This document shows, in pieces, positions 1 through 9,759 of a stretch of 64,000 nucleotides of DNA. A program made the translations under genes and the position numbers. Position 1 is the first letter of the stretch, and every line of letters starts with the position of its first letter. This DNA is from Acidimicrobiaceae bacterium (lineage in GTDB: Bacteria; Actinomycetota; Acidimicrobiia; Acidimicrobiales; Aldehydirespiratoraceae), in NCBI GenBank assembly GCA_009843915.1, contig VYCM01000143.1, positions 339-64,338 on the forward strand. Direction: 5' to 3'. Under the pieces are notes generated by a model. It was given only the letters and a program-made list of their open reading frames with translations, was not told the DNA's origin and did not search any database.

Positions 1-1819
1 AGCCGGTGCACGCTCCGCAGTCGTAGCACGGCGTCCAGCGGCAGTCCTCAAGGCCGACCTCATTGAGGGCATCGCGCCAGTCCTGCCACAGGAAGTCCTT
101 GTGGAGCCCGGCGGACAGATGGTCCCACGGCAGCACCTCATCGAAGGTGCGGTGCCGGTGGACGTAGGCGTCGATGTCGACTCCGCACGCCTCCGCAGCC
201 GACTGCCAACGGTTGAGGTCGAAGTGTTCGGACCACTCCTGGAACGTGCCGCCGTGCCGCCAGACGTGCTCGATCACACCTCCGACGCGACGGTCTCCCC
301 GGCTGGCCAGGCCCTCAGCCAGGCTGGCCGCGGGATCGTGCCACTTGAGCTGAACACCCCTGTTCCGGCGTAGATCGTCGCGCAGCAGGCCGACCTTGCG
401 ACGAAGTTCCACCACGGTGTTCTGGCCGAACCACTGGAACGGAGTGAAGGGCTTGGGCACGAACCCGCCCACCGAGACGGTGACCGACGGCGAGCGGGTG
501 TGGGCCCGACCCAGCGCAACGCAGTTGCGGGCCAGTTCGGCGATGGCGAGCGTGTCGGGGTCGGTCTCTGTGGGCAGGCCGGTCAGGAAGTAGAGCTTCA
601 TCCGGCGCCACCCCTGCGAGTAGGCCGACTCGACTGCCGAGTAGAGGTCGTCGTTGGTGATGAGCTTGTTGATCACCTGGCGCATGCGCCAGGTGCCGGC
701 TTCGGGTGCGAAGGTCAGCCCGGTCCGGCGCGCCCGCTGGATCTGGGCGGCGAGGCCCACGGTGAAGGCATCGACCCGCAGGCTGGGCAGGGACACCGAG
801 ACCTGGCTGCAGCCCGCGTCGTCGACGGTGTCGGCCACGACCCGCTCGATGCCGCTGAAGTCGGCGGTGCTCAGCGAGGTGAGAGCGACCTCGTCGTAGC
901 CGGTGCGCCGCAGGCCCTCGGCGACCATGGTGCGGACCTGCTCGGCCGGACGCTCGCGCACGGGGCGGGTGATCATCCCGGCCTGGCAGAAGCGGCAGCC
1001 GCGGGTGCAGCCCCGGAAGACCTCGACGTTGAGCCGGTCGTGCACCACCTCGGTGAGCGGCACGAGCTGCTGCTTGGGGTAGGGCCAGTCGGCCAGGTCG
1101 GCCACCGTGCGCTTCTCGACGACGGCGGGCACGTCGGGGTGCCGCGGCTCGACGGCCACGAGCCGGGCGCCGTCGTAGGTGACCTCGTACATCGACGGCA
1201 CATAGGTGCCCGGCACGCGGGCGAGGGCTCGCAGTACGCCGTTGCGGCCTCCGGGCCGGCCGGACGCCTTCCAGTCAGCCAGCACGGCCGTTATGTCGCC
1301 TACCGCCTCCTCGCCGTCGCCGAGCACGGCGAAGTCGAGGAAGTCCGCCAGCGGCTCGGGATTGTAGGTGCAGTGCCCCCCGGCGCCGATCAGCGGGTCC
1401 GAGTCGCTTCGGGAAGCAGCCCGGACGGCCACACCCGCGAGATCGATGCAGTTCAGCACGTTGGTGTAGACGAGCTCGGCCGAGAGATTGAAGGCGATGA
1501 CGTCGAACAGCGGAGCCGGACGGTGTGTGTCCAGCGAGAAAAGCGGCAGCCCCTCGGCCCTCATCAGCGCCTCGAGGTCGCCCCACGGCGCGTAGGCCCG
1601 CTCGGCGGCCGCGTCCGGGCGCTCGTTGAGGATCTCGTAGAGGATCTGCAGCCCCTGGTTCGGCAGGCCTATCTCGTAGGTGTCCGGATAGGTGAGCAGC
1701 CACGACACGACGCCGGGACCGTGGCGAGGAACCCGCATCCCGTCCTCGGCACCGATATAGCGGGCCGGTTTGGAAACCTGGGGCAGCAACGGCTCAAGTC
1801 GATGCCACAGACTGCTCAC
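1..1819 (-). CDS. TIGR03960-type B12-binding radical SAM protein (3' end runs off the window)
   Basis: Manual translation from GTG 1819: SLWHRLEPLLPQVSKPARYIG..YPDTYEIGLPNQG; CxxxCxxC motif RGCTRGCRFCQAG; conserved position downstream of rodA. Confidence 0.88.
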   Translation of the reverse strand, partial: MSSLWHRLEPLLPQVSKPARYIGAEDGMRVPRHGPGVVSWLLTYPDTYEIGLPNQGLQILYEILNERPDAAAERAYAPWGDLEALMRAEGLPLFSLDTHRPAPLFDVIAFNLSAELVYTNVLNCIDLAGVAVRAASRSDSDPLIGAGGHCTYNPEPLADFLDFAVLGDGEEAVGDITAVLADWKASGRPGGRNGVLRALARVPGTYVPSMYEVTYDGARLVAVEPRHPDVPAVVEKRTVADLADWPYPKQQLVPLTEVVHDRLNVEVFRGCTRGCRFCQAGMITRPVRERPAEQVRTMVAEGLRRTGYDEVALTSLSTADFSGIERVVADTVDDAGCSQVSVSLPSLRVDAFTVGLAAQIQRARRTGLTFAPEAGTWRMRQVINKLITNDDLYSAVESAYSQGWRRMKLYFLTGLPTETDPDTLAIAELARNCVALGRAHTRSPSVTVSVGGFVPKPFTPFQWFGQNTVVELRRKVGLLRDDLRRNRGVQLKWHDPAASLAEGLASRGDRRVGGVIEHVWRHGGTFQEWSEHFDLNRWQSAAEACGVDIDAYVHRHRTFDEVLPWDHLSAGLHKDFLWQDWRDALNEVGLEDCRWTPCYDCGACTG

Positions 1820-1828
1820 TGTTCCAGC

Positions 1829-3013
1829 CTACTGCTGCGCGCTGAGCATCCCTTCGATGTCGAGGCGGCGCCGGTACACGCCGGCGACGAGTCCGAGCGA
1901 CGCCATCGTGGTGAGCATCGAGGAACCGCCGTAGCTGACCAGCGGGAGGGGAATGCCGGTCACCGGCATCATCCCCATGGTCATGCCGACCGACTGGAAC
2001 GTCTGGAACAGCAGCATGGCGAAGATCCCGGTGCACATCATCCGCTGGAACTGAGTCGGGGCGAGCTGGGCCGTTCGCCAGACCCGGAACAGCAGCACGG
2101 CGAACAGCCCCAGCAGCAGGGACGCGCCTCGCAGGCCCAGTTCCTCCCCGGCCACGGTGAAGATGAAGTCGGTCTGCTGCTGCGGCACCAGATCGGACCG
2201 GGTCTGCGTCCCCTGGAACAGCCCCTGCCCCCTCAGCCCCCCGTTGCCGATGGCGATCTGGGCCTGCTCGACGTTGAAGGCGTAACTGGCGGCCTCATCG
2301 GCGACATCGGACTCGAACAGGTACACGCGTAAGCGGGCTTCCTGGTATTCGGCCAGCGCATCGGACCGGTAGACGCCGACCGTCCCCGCCAGCGCGACGA
2401 TTGCGAGTAGGGCGATCCAGCGAGCCTTGATCCCGCTCACGATCACCGTGATCAGAGCGATCACGAGATACACCAGCGTGGTCCCGAGGTCGGGCTGAAG
2501 CAGGAGGAGGGCGATGGGCGCGGCGGCCAGAGCCAGCCCCAGCAACACCCGCGTCAGGCCGACCTCGCCCTTCCGGGGCGACAGCAGCAGTGCCAGCCCG
2601 ATGATCACGACAAGCTTGCCGGGCTCCGACGGCTGCATCCTGAACGTGCCGAAGGAGAACCAGCCCTTCGTTCCGTTGACCTCCACCCCCACCTGCAGCA
2701 CCAGCCACAATGCGCCGATCATGGCCGCGAAGGCCAGCGGATAGAGCTTCCTCATGAGCTTGGGCGAGACAAAGGCCGCGGTCGCGCCCACAACCACGCC
2801 CATCACGATGAAGAGCACCTGACGCTCGAGAAAGTCACTGTTGGGTTCGGTGAAGTCACCGACGACGCCCCTGGTGGCCGAATACACCAGCACCGAGCCC
2901 ATCGACGCGATGGCGAGAGCAGACAGGATCAGGAACGGGTCGACCAGCAGCCACCAAGGATCGGGCGCGACGTTCCGGCGGGCCGGTTCGGTAGTGGTCG
3001 TTGTCGCGGTCAT
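1829..3013 (-). CDS. rodA: Rod shape-determining SEDS protein RodA
   Basis: Multi-TM protein; QPSE, LQPDLGT, TDFIF, GIPLPLVSYGGSS motifs; follows mrdA. Confidence 0.93.
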   Translation of the reverse strand: MTATTTTTEPARRNVAPDPWWLLVDPFLILSALAIASMGSVLVYSATRGVVGDFTEPNSDFLERQVLFIVMGVVVGATAAFVSPKLMRKLYPLAFAAMIGALWLVLQVGVEVNGTKGWFSFGTFRMQPSEPGKLVVIIGLALLLSPRKGEVGLTRVLLGLALAAAPIALLLLQPDLGTTLVYLVIALITVIVSGIKARWIALLAIVALAGTVGVYRSDALAEYQEARLRVYLFESDVADEAASYAFNVEQAQIAIGNGGLRGQGLFQGTQTRSDLVPQQQTDFIFTVAGEELGLRGASLLLGLFAVLLFRVWRTAQLAPTQFQRMMCTGIFAMLLFQTFQSVGMTMGMMPVTGIPLPLVSYGGSSMLTTMASLGLVAGVYRRRLDIEGMLSAQQ

Positions 3014-5310
3014 AGCAGCGCGTCCAGTCCTCGCTGCTCCACCGCCTCCTCGCCCCCTACCAGCTCGGAGCAGTCCTCCGACAGCTCGGGCCGCGTCTCG
3101 GAGATGGGGACGCCGTCGGCGTCGACCTTGATCTCGCCGGTGCGGACGCCCTCGAGGAACGAGGCCAGATGCTTGACCTCCGCGTAGCAGGCGTCCACTT
3201 CCCTGGCCGTGCGGGCCCTCTCGACGTTGTGAGTGGCGATCGGGAGCAGGACCCTCGCCACCGCCGGTGCGGCCACGTCACCGCCGAAGCCGGCCTCCTC
3301 CAGCACCATCGCCACCACCACCTCGGGATCGTGGCGGAAACCGCGTTCGGGCCAGGTAGCCGGGCCGAACGCCGCGAACCAGGCGAAGTCGGCCTGGCCC
3401 TGCTTCTCCGCGGTGCCCGTCTTGCCCGCCACCGGCCATGCGCCCAGCGGAAAGTTGACGCCTCCCTCTCCGGGAAGGTTGAAGGCTTCGTAGGCCGTCC
3501 CCCGCAACAGAGCCTCGCCGCCGGAGCTGCTGGGAAGGTTGTAGGCGGTCACACCGTTCATCCCATCGAGCAGGGGCGTCGCGATCTCGGCAGTCCATTC
3601 CAGCTCACGCAGCAGCCGGGGGCCGAACTCTTCCAGGACCTGTCCGTCGCGGTCGGTGATCCTGGTGGCGATGTTCGGCTGGTGGAGCTTCCCGTCGCTG
3701 GCCAGGACCGCGTAGGCATTGGCAACCTGCAACGGCGTGGTCAGGAGGTTGCCCTGGCCGATGGCCAGGTTGATGGTGTCTCCTGCGAACCACTGGTCGC
3801 CGCCGCGCAGGAAGACGCCCTGCTCGAACTGGTAGTCGTAGTACTCCCTGTCGGGCACCACTCCGGCGCGCTCGTGAGGCAGCGGAACGCCGGTATAGGA
3901 ACCCAGTCCGAACGCCCTGGCCGACTCCTGAATGCCCTCGTCGAGTGGCTGCCGCCGTCGGAAGAAGCCCTCGCCTCCGAGCCGGTAGAAGTACGTGTCG
4001 CTCGACACCGTGATGGCATCTCTCAGATCGACGCCGCGGTCACAGCAATACGGGCTCTCGAACAGGCACGTATCGGATTCCTCCACGCAGAAGGGATAGC
4101 GATACGTCCCGGTGTCGTGGTAGAACTCGTCCGCCTCGACCAGCGACGAGGCGTCGGCTCCTATCACCCCCTGAGTGAGCGCGGCGTAGGCCGTCACCAC
4201 CTTGAACGTCGAGCCGGGCGGGTAGAGGCCCTGGATGGCCCGGTTGAGGATCGGGGAGAAGTTCGCCTCGTCGGTCAGCTCGTTGAACTGGCGCTGCGAG
4301 ATGCCGTTCACGAACTCGCGGGGATCGTAGGTGGGGAACGATGCCATGGCCAGGATCGAGCCGTTGGTGGGGTCGAGCGCCACGGCTGCCCCCGCCGAAG
4401 CCACGAAGGCGGGCGGGATGGGGGCGTCGGGCTCCTGCAACGGCTCCTGCCGTCTCGCGTCGTCGAGCCCCCGGCGCAGCTCGCGTTCGACGAGACTCTG
4501 AATGTCCAGGTCGATCGTGAGGTGCACATCGTTGCCGGGGATCGGCAGACGACCCTTGTCCTCGTGGACCTTCACAATCTCGTCGAGCCGGTTCACCTCG
4601 AAGACGCGCACGCCGGGAACTCCCCGCAGCTCGCTCTCGAAGATCCGCTCCACGCCGGACTTCCCGATCTCATCGCCGGGCTGGTACGTCTTGGCGGCGG
4701 GGTCGGTGGGATCGATCTGCGCGCTCTGAGCCCGGTACTCCGACTGGGTGAGCGGACCGACGTAGCCGAGCAGATGCGCGGCCAGCTCGCCGTACGGGTA
4801 GCTGCGCACGGTGCGCTCCTCCACCGAGACCCCTGGGAACAAGTCCGGCCGCTCACCCAGGTACACGAGCAGGTCGGGATCTATGTCGAACGCCACGGGA
4901 ACCCTGTCGAAGGGGCCGTACTCCAGGCTGCTGAGCCGTTCGGTGATGTGGCGCACCTTCGTGAGGCGCCCCGAGCGGCTGACGATCTCGGCCAGCTGGA
5001 ACAGGACCTCCTGCTGCTCGGACTGATCGAGTGCAGCCTGGAACTCCAGACGGTCGATGGTCACCACTTGGACCACGCGGTTGTCGACGAGGATCCTGCC
5101 CTGGGCGTCGAAGACACGGCCCCTCGGCGCCTCCGTGTACACGACTCGCAGGATGTTGGTGGCCGCCACATCCTGCAGTTCCTCGCTCTCGAGTACCTGG
5201 AGGTACCACAGGCGGGCGAACAGGGCGGCTACCAGGCACACCGCCACGATGCCGATCGCATAGAGCCGGAATCCCTGCCGCTCGTCGATGTCGGCGCCGT
5301 TGGAGGCCAT
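3010..5310 (-). CDS. mrdA: Penicillin-binding protein 2
   Basis: N-terminal TM, APRG motif, PGSTFK (SxxK), SSD, KTGT; in mre operon. Confidence 0.93.
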   Translation of the reverse strand: MASNGADIDERQGFRLYAIGIVAVCLVAALFARLWYLQVLESEELQDVAATNILRVVYTEAPRGRVFDAQGRILVDNRVVQVVTIDRLEFQAALDQSEQQEVLFQLAEIVSRSGRLTKVRHITERLSSLEYGPFDRVPVAFDIDPDLLVYLGERPDLFPGVSVEERTVRSYPYGELAAHLLGYVGPLTQSEYRAQSAQIDPTDPAAKTYQPGDEIGKSGVERIFESELRGVPGVRVFEVNRLDEIVKVHEDKGRLPIPGNDVHLTIDLDIQSLVERELRRGLDDARRQEPLQEPDAPIPPAFVASAGAAVALDPTNGSILAMASFPTYDPREFVNGISQRQFNELTDEANFSPILNRAIQGLYPPGSTFKVVTAYAALTQGVIGADASSLVEADEFYHDTGTYRYPFCVEESDTCLFESPYCCDRGVDLRDAITVSSDTYFYRLGGEGFFRRRQPLDEGIQESARAFGLGSYTGVPLPHERAGVVPDREYYDYQFEQGVFLRGGDQWFAGDTINLAIGQGNLLTTPLQVANAYAVLASDGKLHQPNIATRITDRDGQVLEEFGPRLLRELEWTAEIATPLLDGMNGVTAYNLPSSSGGEALLRGTAYEAFNLPGEGGVNFPLGAWPVAGKTGTAEKQGQADFAWFAAFGPATWPERGFRHDPEVVVAMVLEEAGFGGDVAAPAVARVLLPIATHNVERARTAREVDACYAEVKHLASFLEGVRTGEIKVDADGVPISETRPELSEDCSELVGGEEAVEQRGLDALL

Positions 5311-5915
5311 CAGCGAACTTTCAACGGCGAAGCGGGGGGTTCATGCCGTCGCGTCCGGCTCCGAGCGGGCCCACTGCCGACAGCCCAACGCACTGCGGGT
5401 GCTGCGACCAGGGAGAGCAATGCGTTCCAGCCCGACGCGATCAGCACGACCCGAGGCAGACGGTCGTCGATGAGGCCGCGCTGGCCGACCACCTCACCCA
5501 GCAGGGCGTAGACCGTCACCATGGCCGCCGTACCGACGAACACCAGCAGCAGCGTCTGGAGGCGCGTGTCGTGGAACAGGTCCTCGGTTATGCCGCCCAG
5601 CGTGTAGGCCACGATAACGAAGGAGGCTGCTGCCAAGCCGAGCGGTGTGGACAGATAGACGTCCCACATCAGGCCGGCGCAGAACGCGATCACCGAACCC
5701 CGCCGGGGGCCGGCGAAGAGGCCGGCCAGGATGGCTACGAGCGCCGGCAACTCCGGCGCAACCCCGGCCACCCTCACCTGCGAGAAGAACGTCAGCTGCA
5801 ACAGGAGCGCGAACAGGTACACGATGATGAGCCGCAGCCCGATCATGGCCACACTGCCCCCGGCCAGCAGGCGGCGCCGGCGCAGCACACTCTGTACCGG
5901 CTGCGACGCCGTCAT
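5310..5915 (-). CDS. mreD: Rod shape-determining protein MreD
   Basis: Hydrophobic protein between mreC and mrdA. Confidence 0.85.
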   Translation of the reverse strand: MTASQPVQSVLRRRRLLAGGSVAMIGLRLIIVYLFALLLQLTFFSQVRVAGVAPELPALVAILAGLFAGPRRGSVIAFCAGLMWDVYLSTPLGLAAASFVIVAYTLGGITEDLFHDTRLQTLLLVFVGTAAMVTVYALLGEVVGQRGLIDDRLPRVVLIASGWNALLSLVAAPAVRWAVGSGPARSRTRRHEPPASPLKVR

Positions 5916-6808
5916 GGCGACTGCTCCTGGAACGGGGAGTCCGGGCCGACCGGTGCTTCGTCGGTGGGTGTCAGCAGCAGCACGGTCACGTAGCCGAGAT
6001 CTTGCACGTCCGCGGCCAGATCGACGGTCACCAGCTGGGCCAACCCTGCCTCCGACGGCTCGACCGATGCCACCCGGCCCACCGGTATGTCGGCGGGATA
6101 GCGGCTGCCGGCCGAGGTCACCACCGGGCTCCCCACCGCCGGCAGCTCCGACATGTCCCCGGTCTCGGGCCAGCGCAGGCCGGCGTCCACCACGAACCGG
6201 GTCGGGTCGCCGGCCATCCCGTGGCCCAGCCCCACGTCACCGGTGTCCAGCAGGCGCACGCCGACGACCAGGCTGGGATCGCTCACCGCGGTGACCGTGC
6301 TCAAGGCCGCTTCCACGGTCTCCACCCGGCCCACGAATCCGGCCGAGGTGACGACGGCCATGCCCGGAGCCACCCCGTCCCGGTGACCCACGTCAATCGA
6401 CATCACGTCGTCATCGAAGTTCCCCACCGAGTCGCGCAGCACCGTCGCGGTCAGCCGTTCCACGCCTTCGACAAAGGTCACCCCGGTGGCGTCCAGCAGC
6501 CTCTCGAGCGCGTCCTGCTCGGCCGCGCCGCGGATGTCGGCGCTGGCGAGCCGGTCGAGTTCGTCCTTGAGTCTCTCGTTCTCAGAGCGGAGGTCGTTGT
6601 AGGTGAACATCACGGTCCAGACCTCGGCTACCGGCCCGAGAACTACATCGACCGCGGAGACCACCGGCTCGAGTACGTCGCGTACCCGGCTCTGGGCGGT
6701 GTCGAGCGGCCCGAAGCCGCGGAAGTCAAGGGTGAGAAGCGTCGCCGCTGTCAGGATCAGCAGCAACAAGCGGTAGCGGGACCGCCCGCTGCGCTGGGCG
6801 ACCGCCAT
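5912..6808 (-). CDS. mreC: Rod shape-determining protein MreC
   Basis: TM, coiled coil (LRSENERLK), IDVG..DGV..GM.V motif, VVTS..YP..IPVG. Confidence 0.9.
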   Translation of the reverse strand: MAVAQRSGRSRYRLLLLILTAATLLTLDFRGFGPLDTAQSRVRDVLEPVVSAVDVVLGPVAEVWTVMFTYNDLRSENERLKDELDRLASADIRGAAEQDALERLLDATGVTFVEGVERLTATVLRDSVGNFDDDVMSIDVGHRDGVAPGMAVVTSAGFVGRVETVEAALSTVTAVSDPSLVVGVRLLDTGDVGLGHGMAGDPTRFVVDAGLRWPETGDMSELPAVGSPVVTSAGSRYPADIPVGRVASVEPSEAGLAQLVTVDLAADVQDLGYVTVLLLTPTDEAPVGPDSPFQEQSP

Positions 6809-6837
6809 CGTCCAACGTTATAGATCGCCCGATACGG

Positions 6838-7857
6838 TCACCGCTGGTCCAAGTTGTCGAGCACGTGGCCACAGCCCCTCACCACGGCGAGCAGCGGATC
6901 CTGGGCGACCGTGATCGGCATGCCCGTCTCGTTGGCCATCCGCTGGTCCAGATTCCGCAACAGTGCGCCGCCGCCCGCCAGCATGATGCCCGATTCCATG
7001 ATGTCGGCGGCCAGCTCGGGGGGTGTGTGGTCCAGCGTGCCTCGCACGGCGTCGCAGATGGCGGTCACCGACTCCTCCAGTCCCTCGCGGATGTCCTCGG
7101 TGGTGACCGAGACCACACGGGGCAGTCCGCTCACGAGGTCGCGGCCCCGGATCTCGGCCCTCGCCTCTCGGGCCAGGGGGTAGGCCGACCCGAGCATGAT
7201 CTTGATCTCCTCGGCGGTGCGCTCCCCGATCAGCAGCGAGTGCTCCTTCTTGACGAACTGTGCGATGACGTTGTCGAACTCGTCTCCGCCCACCCGGATC
7301 GACTGGCTGGAAACGATGCCGCCGAGTGAGATGACGGCCACCTCGGTCGTGCCTCCGCCAACATCGACGATCATGTTCCCGGTCGGCTCCCACACCTGCA
7401 GCCCGGTGCCGATCGCGGCGGCCATCGGCTCCTCGATGATGTGGGTCGGCTTCCGGGCGCCCGCGGACTCGGCCGCCTCCTGCACGGCCCGCTGCTCGAC
7501 GCCGGTGATTCCCGACGGCACGGCGATGACCATCCGCGGCTTGGTCCAACGTCGCTGATGGACGCGCTCGATGAAGAAGCGCAGCATCTCCTCGCACATG
7601 TCGAAGTCGGCGATCACCCCGTCCCGGAGCGGACGGACGGCCTGGATGTGCGACGGTGTGCGACCGATCATGCTCTTCGCTTCGGAGCCCACGGCCAGCA
7701 CCTTGCCGTTCTTGGTGTTGACGGCCACCACCGAAGGCTCATCGAGCACGATCCCCTCGCCGCGCACGTACACGACGGTGTTCGCGGTACCGAGATCGAG
7801 AGCCATGTCGCGCCCCATGACCCATCCCAGCCCCGAAAGCATGCTCGCTGTGCTCAT
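6838..7857 (-). CDS. mreB: Actin-like protein MreB
   Basis: DLGTANT, EEPMAAAIG, DVGGGTTEVA, LAGGGALL motifs. Confidence 0.96.
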   Translation of the reverse strand: MSTASMLSGLGWVMGRDMALDLGTANTVVYVRGEGIVLDEPSVVAVNTKNGKVLAVGSEAKSMIGRTPSHIQAVRPLRDGVIADFDMCEEMLRFFIERVHQRRWTKPRMVIAVPSGITGVEQRAVQEAAESAGARKPTHIIEEPMAAAIGTGLQVWEPTGNMIVDVGGGTTEVAVISLGGIVSSQSIRVGGDEFDNVIAQFVKKEHSLLIGERTAEEIKIMLGSAYPLAREARAEIRGRDLVSGLPRVVSVTTEDIREGLEESVTAICDAVRGTLDHTPPELAADIMESGIMLAGGGALLRNLDQRMANETGMPITVAQDPLLAVVRGCGHVLDNLDQR

Positions 7858-8011
7858 TGTGATGCCTCGATCAGGTAGTGGACGCTACCACAACGCCGGA
7901 GGACCCGGCCGACCGCTAGCCGGATTGTAGACGACGGTGAGGGTCGGCACACAGTTCACGTCAAAGGACTCCAGGAGCAAGGACAACAACAGAATTCGTA
8001 TGTTTCTGCTG

Positions 8012-8449
8012 CTATTCCTGCTGTAGATCGGGAAAGAAGATGGCCGCCTCGCGGCGAGCCGACTCGACCGAGTCGCTCCCGTGGACCAGGTTCTCGGTGA
8101 CCATGGTCCCGAAGTCTCCCCGGATGGTCCCGGCCGAGGCGTTCATGGGATTGGTGGCACCCATCATCTGACGCACCACGCTCCAGGTGTCCTCCGGTCC
8201 CTCCACCACCGCGACCAGCACGGGGCCCCTGCTCATGAAGGCGACGAGATCGTCGTAGAAGCCCTTGCCGACGTGCTCCGCGTAGTGGCGGGCGAGCACA
8301 TCTCGATCGAGGGCACGGAGCTCGGCCGCGACAATCCGCAGGCCCTTGCGCTCGAAGCGGCCGATGATCTCGCCCACAAGGCCGCGCTCGACCGCGTCGG
8401 GCTTGCATATGACCAGCGTGCGGTCCACGGCCGGGATGCTACGGCCCAC
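8012..8449 (-). CDS. ndk: Nucleoside diphosphate kinase
   Basis: KPDAVERGLVGEII, GTIRGDF, NLVHGSDS. Confidence 0.96.
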   Translation of the reverse strand: MGRSIPAVDRTLVICKPDAVERGLVGEIIGRFERKGLRIVAAELRALDRDVLARHYAEHVGKGFYDDLVAFMSRGPVLVAVVEGPEDTWSVVRQMMGATNPMNASAGTIRGDFGTMVTENLVHGSDSVESARREAAIFFPDLQQE

Positions 8450-9740
8450 CCGCGTTGAGGACTACCTTGGCTGCGCCGACCACGGTGAAGGAGCCGGTCA
8501 CGGTGACCACGTCGTCGGCGTCGGCCAGTTCGAGCGCCCGGTCGAGGGCCGCCTCCACGTCGCCGGTCGCCTCCGCGGCCGCGCCGATCGATGCGGCCGC
8601 CGAAGCCACCTCGGCAGCCGGGACGCCGCGGGCCGTGGGGGCGGTGCAGCACAGGACCCGCTCGCACCGGTCGGCTTCGAGACCCTGGAGCACGCCGGCC
8701 ACGTCGCGGCCGGACTGCATCCCGACCACCAGGAAGCGCCGCCCCGACGGCGCGAAGTCCTCGTTGAGCGTCTCCGCGGCGGCCCGGGCGCCATCGGGGT
8801 TGTGGGCGCCGTCCAGCACGATCAGCGGCTCGCGGCCGGCTATCTCGAAGCGGCCGGGGACCTTCACGCCGGCGAGGGCCTCGCCGATCACTTCATCGGA
8901 GAGCTGCGACTCGAAGAAGGCCTCGGCCGTGGCCACGGCCAGCGAGGCGTTGTCCAGTTGGTGCCGTCCGTGCAGAGACACGAGCACATCGGAGTGGCGT
9001 CCGTAGGGTGTGCGAAGATCGGCCAGCCATCCACCCACGGCCAGTCGCTCGCGCTCCGTTCCGAAGTCACGGCCGCGCTCGAACATGGCGGCATGGGTCT
9101 CGGCCCGGAACACGTCGCGCGTGTCGGGATCGGATTCGCCGCACACCACCGTCGAGGTGGGCTTGATGATGCCGGCCTTCTCGCTGGCAACGGCCAGCCG
9201 CCAGTCGCCGACGCCGTCGGTGTGGTCCATTCCAACGTTGGTGATCGTCGCGACCTGCGCGTCCACCACGTTGGTGGCGTCGAAGCGGCCCAGCATCCCC
9301 ACCTCGACCACGGCCACGTCCACGGCCACATCGGCGAAGTGCTGGAGAGCGGCCGCCGTCACGGTCTCGAACCACGTGGCCCGCATCTGCAGGTGGTGGG
9401 TGAAGCGGGCCACGTCACCGATCGCCGCGCCGAAGGCCTCGGGGTCGATGGGCTCGGCGTTCACCGAGATCCGCTCGGTGGGGGCAACGAGATGAGGGCT
9501 CGTGTAGGCGCCGACGCGCAGTCCCATCTCTTGCAGGAGCCGGGCCGTGACCCGAACCGTGGATCCCTTGCCATTGGTTCCGGTGACGTGGACAACCCGG
9601 TAGCACCGCTGCGGGTCGCCCATCTCCGCGGTGAGGCGCTGCACCGACTCGAGGCTGAGCCCGGCGACACGGCCCGCTCGCGGCTTCACCTCATGGTTGA
9701 TCAGGGTCTCGAGATGGTCCAGGGCCGCGCCGTAGTCCAA
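8439..9740 (-). CDS. folC: Folylpolyglutamate/dihydrofolate synthase
   Basis: HVTGTNGKGS, YTSPHL, EVGMLGRFDATNV, LDGAHN. Confidence 0.95.
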   Translation of the reverse strand: MDYGAALDHLETLINHEVKPRAGRVAGLSLESVQRLTAEMGDPQRCYRVVHVTGTNGKGSTVRVTARLLQEMGLRVGAYTSPHLVAPTERISVNAEPIDPEAFGAAIGDVARFTHHLQMRATWFETVTAAALQHFADVAVDVAVVEVGMLGRFDATNVVDAQVATITNVGMDHTDGVGDWRLAVASEKAGIIKPTSTVVCGESDPDTRDVFRAETHAAMFERGRDFGTERERLAVGGWLADLRTPYGRHSDVLVSLHGRHQLDNASLAVATAEAFFESQLSDEVIGEALAGVKVPGRFEIAGREPLIVLDGAHNPDGARAAAETLNEDFAPSGRRFLVVGMQSGRDVAGVLQGLEADRCERVLCCTAPTARGVPAAEVASAAASIGAAAEATGDVEAALDRALELADADDVVTVTGSFTVVGAAKVVLNAGGP

Positions 9741-9759
9741 CGAGGGGCCCCTATGGCGG

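Noticed and set aside
500-5511. Long antisense ORFs (e.g. 500-2332, 3169-5511; also 30198-32219, 52210-54018, 56407-58119)
   Set aside because: Shadow frames of well-supported genes on the opposite strand, expected from high-GC codon bias; no family motifs.
6818-6860. mreB C-terminus looks slightly short (ends LDNLDQR); possible frameshift
   Set aside because: All functional motifs are present, and the following 29 bp hold a plausible mreC -10; no evidence for a frameshift.
7991-8008. AGAATTCGTATGTTTCT as a LexA/SOS box upstream of mreB
   Set aside because: Poor match to the actinobacterial CGAAC-N4-GTTCG consensus.
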